Below, piece after piece: positions 61,696-64,000 of a stretch of DNA of 64,000 nt. The DNA comes from Vicugna vicugna (Eukaryota). The stretch lies in assembly GCA_013265495.1 (NCBI GenBank), contig MU058009.1:4096739-4160738 (forward strand). The letters are read 5' to 3'. Each line of letters starts with the position of its first letter. Position 1 is the first letter of the stretch. Below the pieces are notes generated by a model. It was not told the DNA's origin. It saw only the letters and a list, made by a program, of their open reading frames with translations, and ran no database searches. A program made the translations under genes and the position numbers.

Positions 61696-62995
61696 GGACT
61701 GCGAGGGTGAGTTTGGTTTGGATCTTAGGTGTCAAATCGCGTGCCCCTCTTTCTATTGTGGAGGAGGGCACCAGCGCGCCTGCGTCAGCGGGGCGCAGGA
61801 GACACGCTTCTGCAACAACTCTGGCCACTGGAACCGGCCACGCCAAGGGGCGTCTACACCTCCTGCTGGTCAGCCCCCACCCCCGCAGGACTCCGGAGGC
61901 CTTTCTTCTCGCCGAAGAGAAACAGTTTGACCCAACAGGCAAAAGATACATCCAGTCTCCATAGTGAAGACCGTTCACTTTACGTCCCCAGCACCTGAGA
62001 CTCTGTCTGGCATTCAGTCGATGCTCACAACATGCATTTCTGAGCATCATTCTGTCCACCGAACTGTCTCCCACAGTGGGCTGAGGTGCCTTACTTCTAC
62101 CTCTGTTGCACAAGCGGAATTGCGCAGAATCCTAGACTCACGTGGAGGAGTTCTGGAGTCGGGGCTGCTGTTAGAGTGCCGGGGCATAGGAACGGAATTC
62201 AGAAATCCGCTTACATTACTTGGGGGGCCATGGGAGAGCTTTCGGAGGTATGCTGGGGAATCCTGAGTTCACTCCCGTGTTTTTGCTCCTACTTGCTTTT
62301 TGGTTTCCATCTTTCCAAATTCCTACGTGGCCATGAAGGGTCTGGGCTCTGTTTTAAGATTTACCTTCCTTCTTTCTCCTCCAAACCAAGCAGGTCCTGG
62401 TGAATGGGTTTGCCAAAAGCAAAAGGAACAATCTTAACCACCTGTCACTTAACAAAGGACACATTTGAAAATAGGAACCACGTGCATGTCAACAAAGGTG
62501 AGGGGACAGTAGTCTTGGTAGACCCTCTAGATGTCGCCAAGCACTCCCCCCTCTCCTCCGTTGCTGCACAATGATTACGTCCAGGGCACGGCCAAGCAAG
62601 GGACTCGGCAGCTCAGGTGGCTCTCCGTGTAGCCATGGACCCGACTCAGGTCGTTTTCACAGTTTGTTGATTTGTGTTTATTTATTGTTTCTATAAGATT
62701 GAAAGTGGTCACCCATTATGGCCCTTGCCTCTCCTTCTGGGTCAGTTCAAGCACGTGATTCAGTTAATCTCCCCGCGGCTGGATGGCGGGGGGAAGACCA
62801 GCCACAGCATCGGATATTCGGGAAGGTCCGGGATTCCCGTTGGCCTAGCACGCACGAGCCGGCGCCTGTGGAGAGAGGAGGGGGTGAAGACTGAAGAGGC
62901 ATGTAAAGACAGAAGGTGCCGGTCTAGGGAGACATCACTGGCCAACATCATTTTGTCCTAGAACCATTCTTCTGGTTAAAGAAGATCCAATCCGT

Positions 62996-63057
62996 TTTTT
63001 TTTCTTAATTTTATTTTTGATTGAAGTATAGTTGCTTTACAATGTTAGTTTCAGGTG
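62996..63057 (-). mobile_element. Very short lineage L1 3' tail
   Basis: T-rich tail plus attgaagtatagttgctttacaatgttagtttcaggtg. Confidence 0.75.
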
Positions 63058-63160
63058 GCTGAGCACCGTTCCATTGAAGGTATATTCACCACATCTCAGG
63101 AAGGGCCATTTTATTGGGGGAAGTGACAGTGCTGTTGTCTCACTGCCTCAGAAGGGCCGA

Positions 63161-63162
<2 letters not shown>

Positions 63163-63194
<32 letters not shown>

Positions 63195-63213
63195 ACGCGC
63201 GTGTGTGTATGTG
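63163..63213. repeat. (GT)14-containing alternating purine-pyrimidine tract
   Basis: Read directly. Confidence 0.95.
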
Positions 63214-63829
63214 GGGGCAGCACTGAGGGGACCTGAGCACCGCCTGCGGTGGGGCTGTGTCCCGGCTCACAACCGCCCGGGCTCCGGTAGTCTCAGCCCG
63301 TAAGCAGGGCTCCGCGATAATAACTTTGCCTGTGTGACTTTCTTTCAAGAACATGTGAGGCCATTGCGTGTGGAGACTTGTTTACCTGGGCACGGGGACA
63401 GTCAGGCCACTCTGTGTTTCCGAGATGGGAAGCCCCTGGCAGAGGAGTATGAACTGCAGAAATCGGTTAGCCCGGCCGTTCAGGAGAGGACACTCAGGGA
63501 GTGCCGCCAGCCTGCAGGGTCTCTTCTGTGCGTATTCTTTTGGATCAAAATATTTCCTTATTTCCATGTCCCCGAGGTGGCCCATGGTGGGGGTGGGGGT
63601 GGGGCTGCTCTGGGCTCTTCTCTGTCCCCGTGGTGCAGCAGGCAGCCCTGCGTCTCAGTGTTCCTGGGTCCCCAGCCCACTTTCTCAGACTCCCTGCAAG
63701 AGTGGCCCACTTTTCCTGAGCTCTCTGAACTTCTGCTACCTCTGGACATCCATCAGTGGGCCCACAGCAGTGTCTGGATGGGGAACAAAAAGGCCGTCCT
63801 GGCTCTGTCCAGGTCGAGTGCAGAAAAGT

Positions 63830-64000
63830 AGTGGCTTATGAGAGTTAAGGCCCTGAAATGCAGCTTTCTCTCCGCAGCTGGTCCCTACCCACCCCGGCTG
63901 TCAGCATCCTTACGGCATGACCTTGGACGAGTTACTCAACACAGTCAACCCTCCTTTTCCAGCAAATGAGGATAAAGATAGAGTCTACCTCACAGGGTCG
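63830..64000 (+). mobile_element. MIR SINE (runs off the window end)
   Basis: tgaccttggacgagttactcaac ... aaatgaggataa ... ctacctcacagggt. Confidence 0.75.

Noticed and set aside
61328..61930. 200-aa ORF with protein-like N-terminus
   Set aside because: Decayed, frameshifted L1 ORF2 fragment running into unrelated sequence

Overview
Mammalian non-coding genomic DNA, probably cetartiodactyl and most like camelid judging by the young L1 3' tails and the lack of recognisable Alu, B1/B2, Bov-tA/A2, PRE-1 or Can-SINE copies. I recognise no protein-coding gene, RNA gene or processed pseudogene. The only ORF-track peptides with real homology are decayed LINE-1 ORF1/ORF2 remnants. Much of the window is interspersed repeat: L1 (including a near full-length L1MB-like copy at about 37.6-43.5 kb and two twin-primed, 5'-inverted L1s), L2, MIR, MaLR/ERVL LTRs (MLT1, MLT2) and MER5. 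Repeat and microsatellite orientation suggests an intron of a large + strand transcription unit. Most notable: (i) several CpG islands are ancient AT-rich repeats apparently rewritten towards GC, as expected from GC-biased gene conversion; (ii) dense transcription-factor motif clusters, notably posterior-HOX/CDX inverted pairs at 23.4 kb and a TGACA cluster at 5.7 kb; (iii) candidate small exons and a candidate promoter. Repeat subfamily names come from recalled consensus sequences, not a database search, and boundaries are approximate. I found no evidence of a novel multi-gene system.
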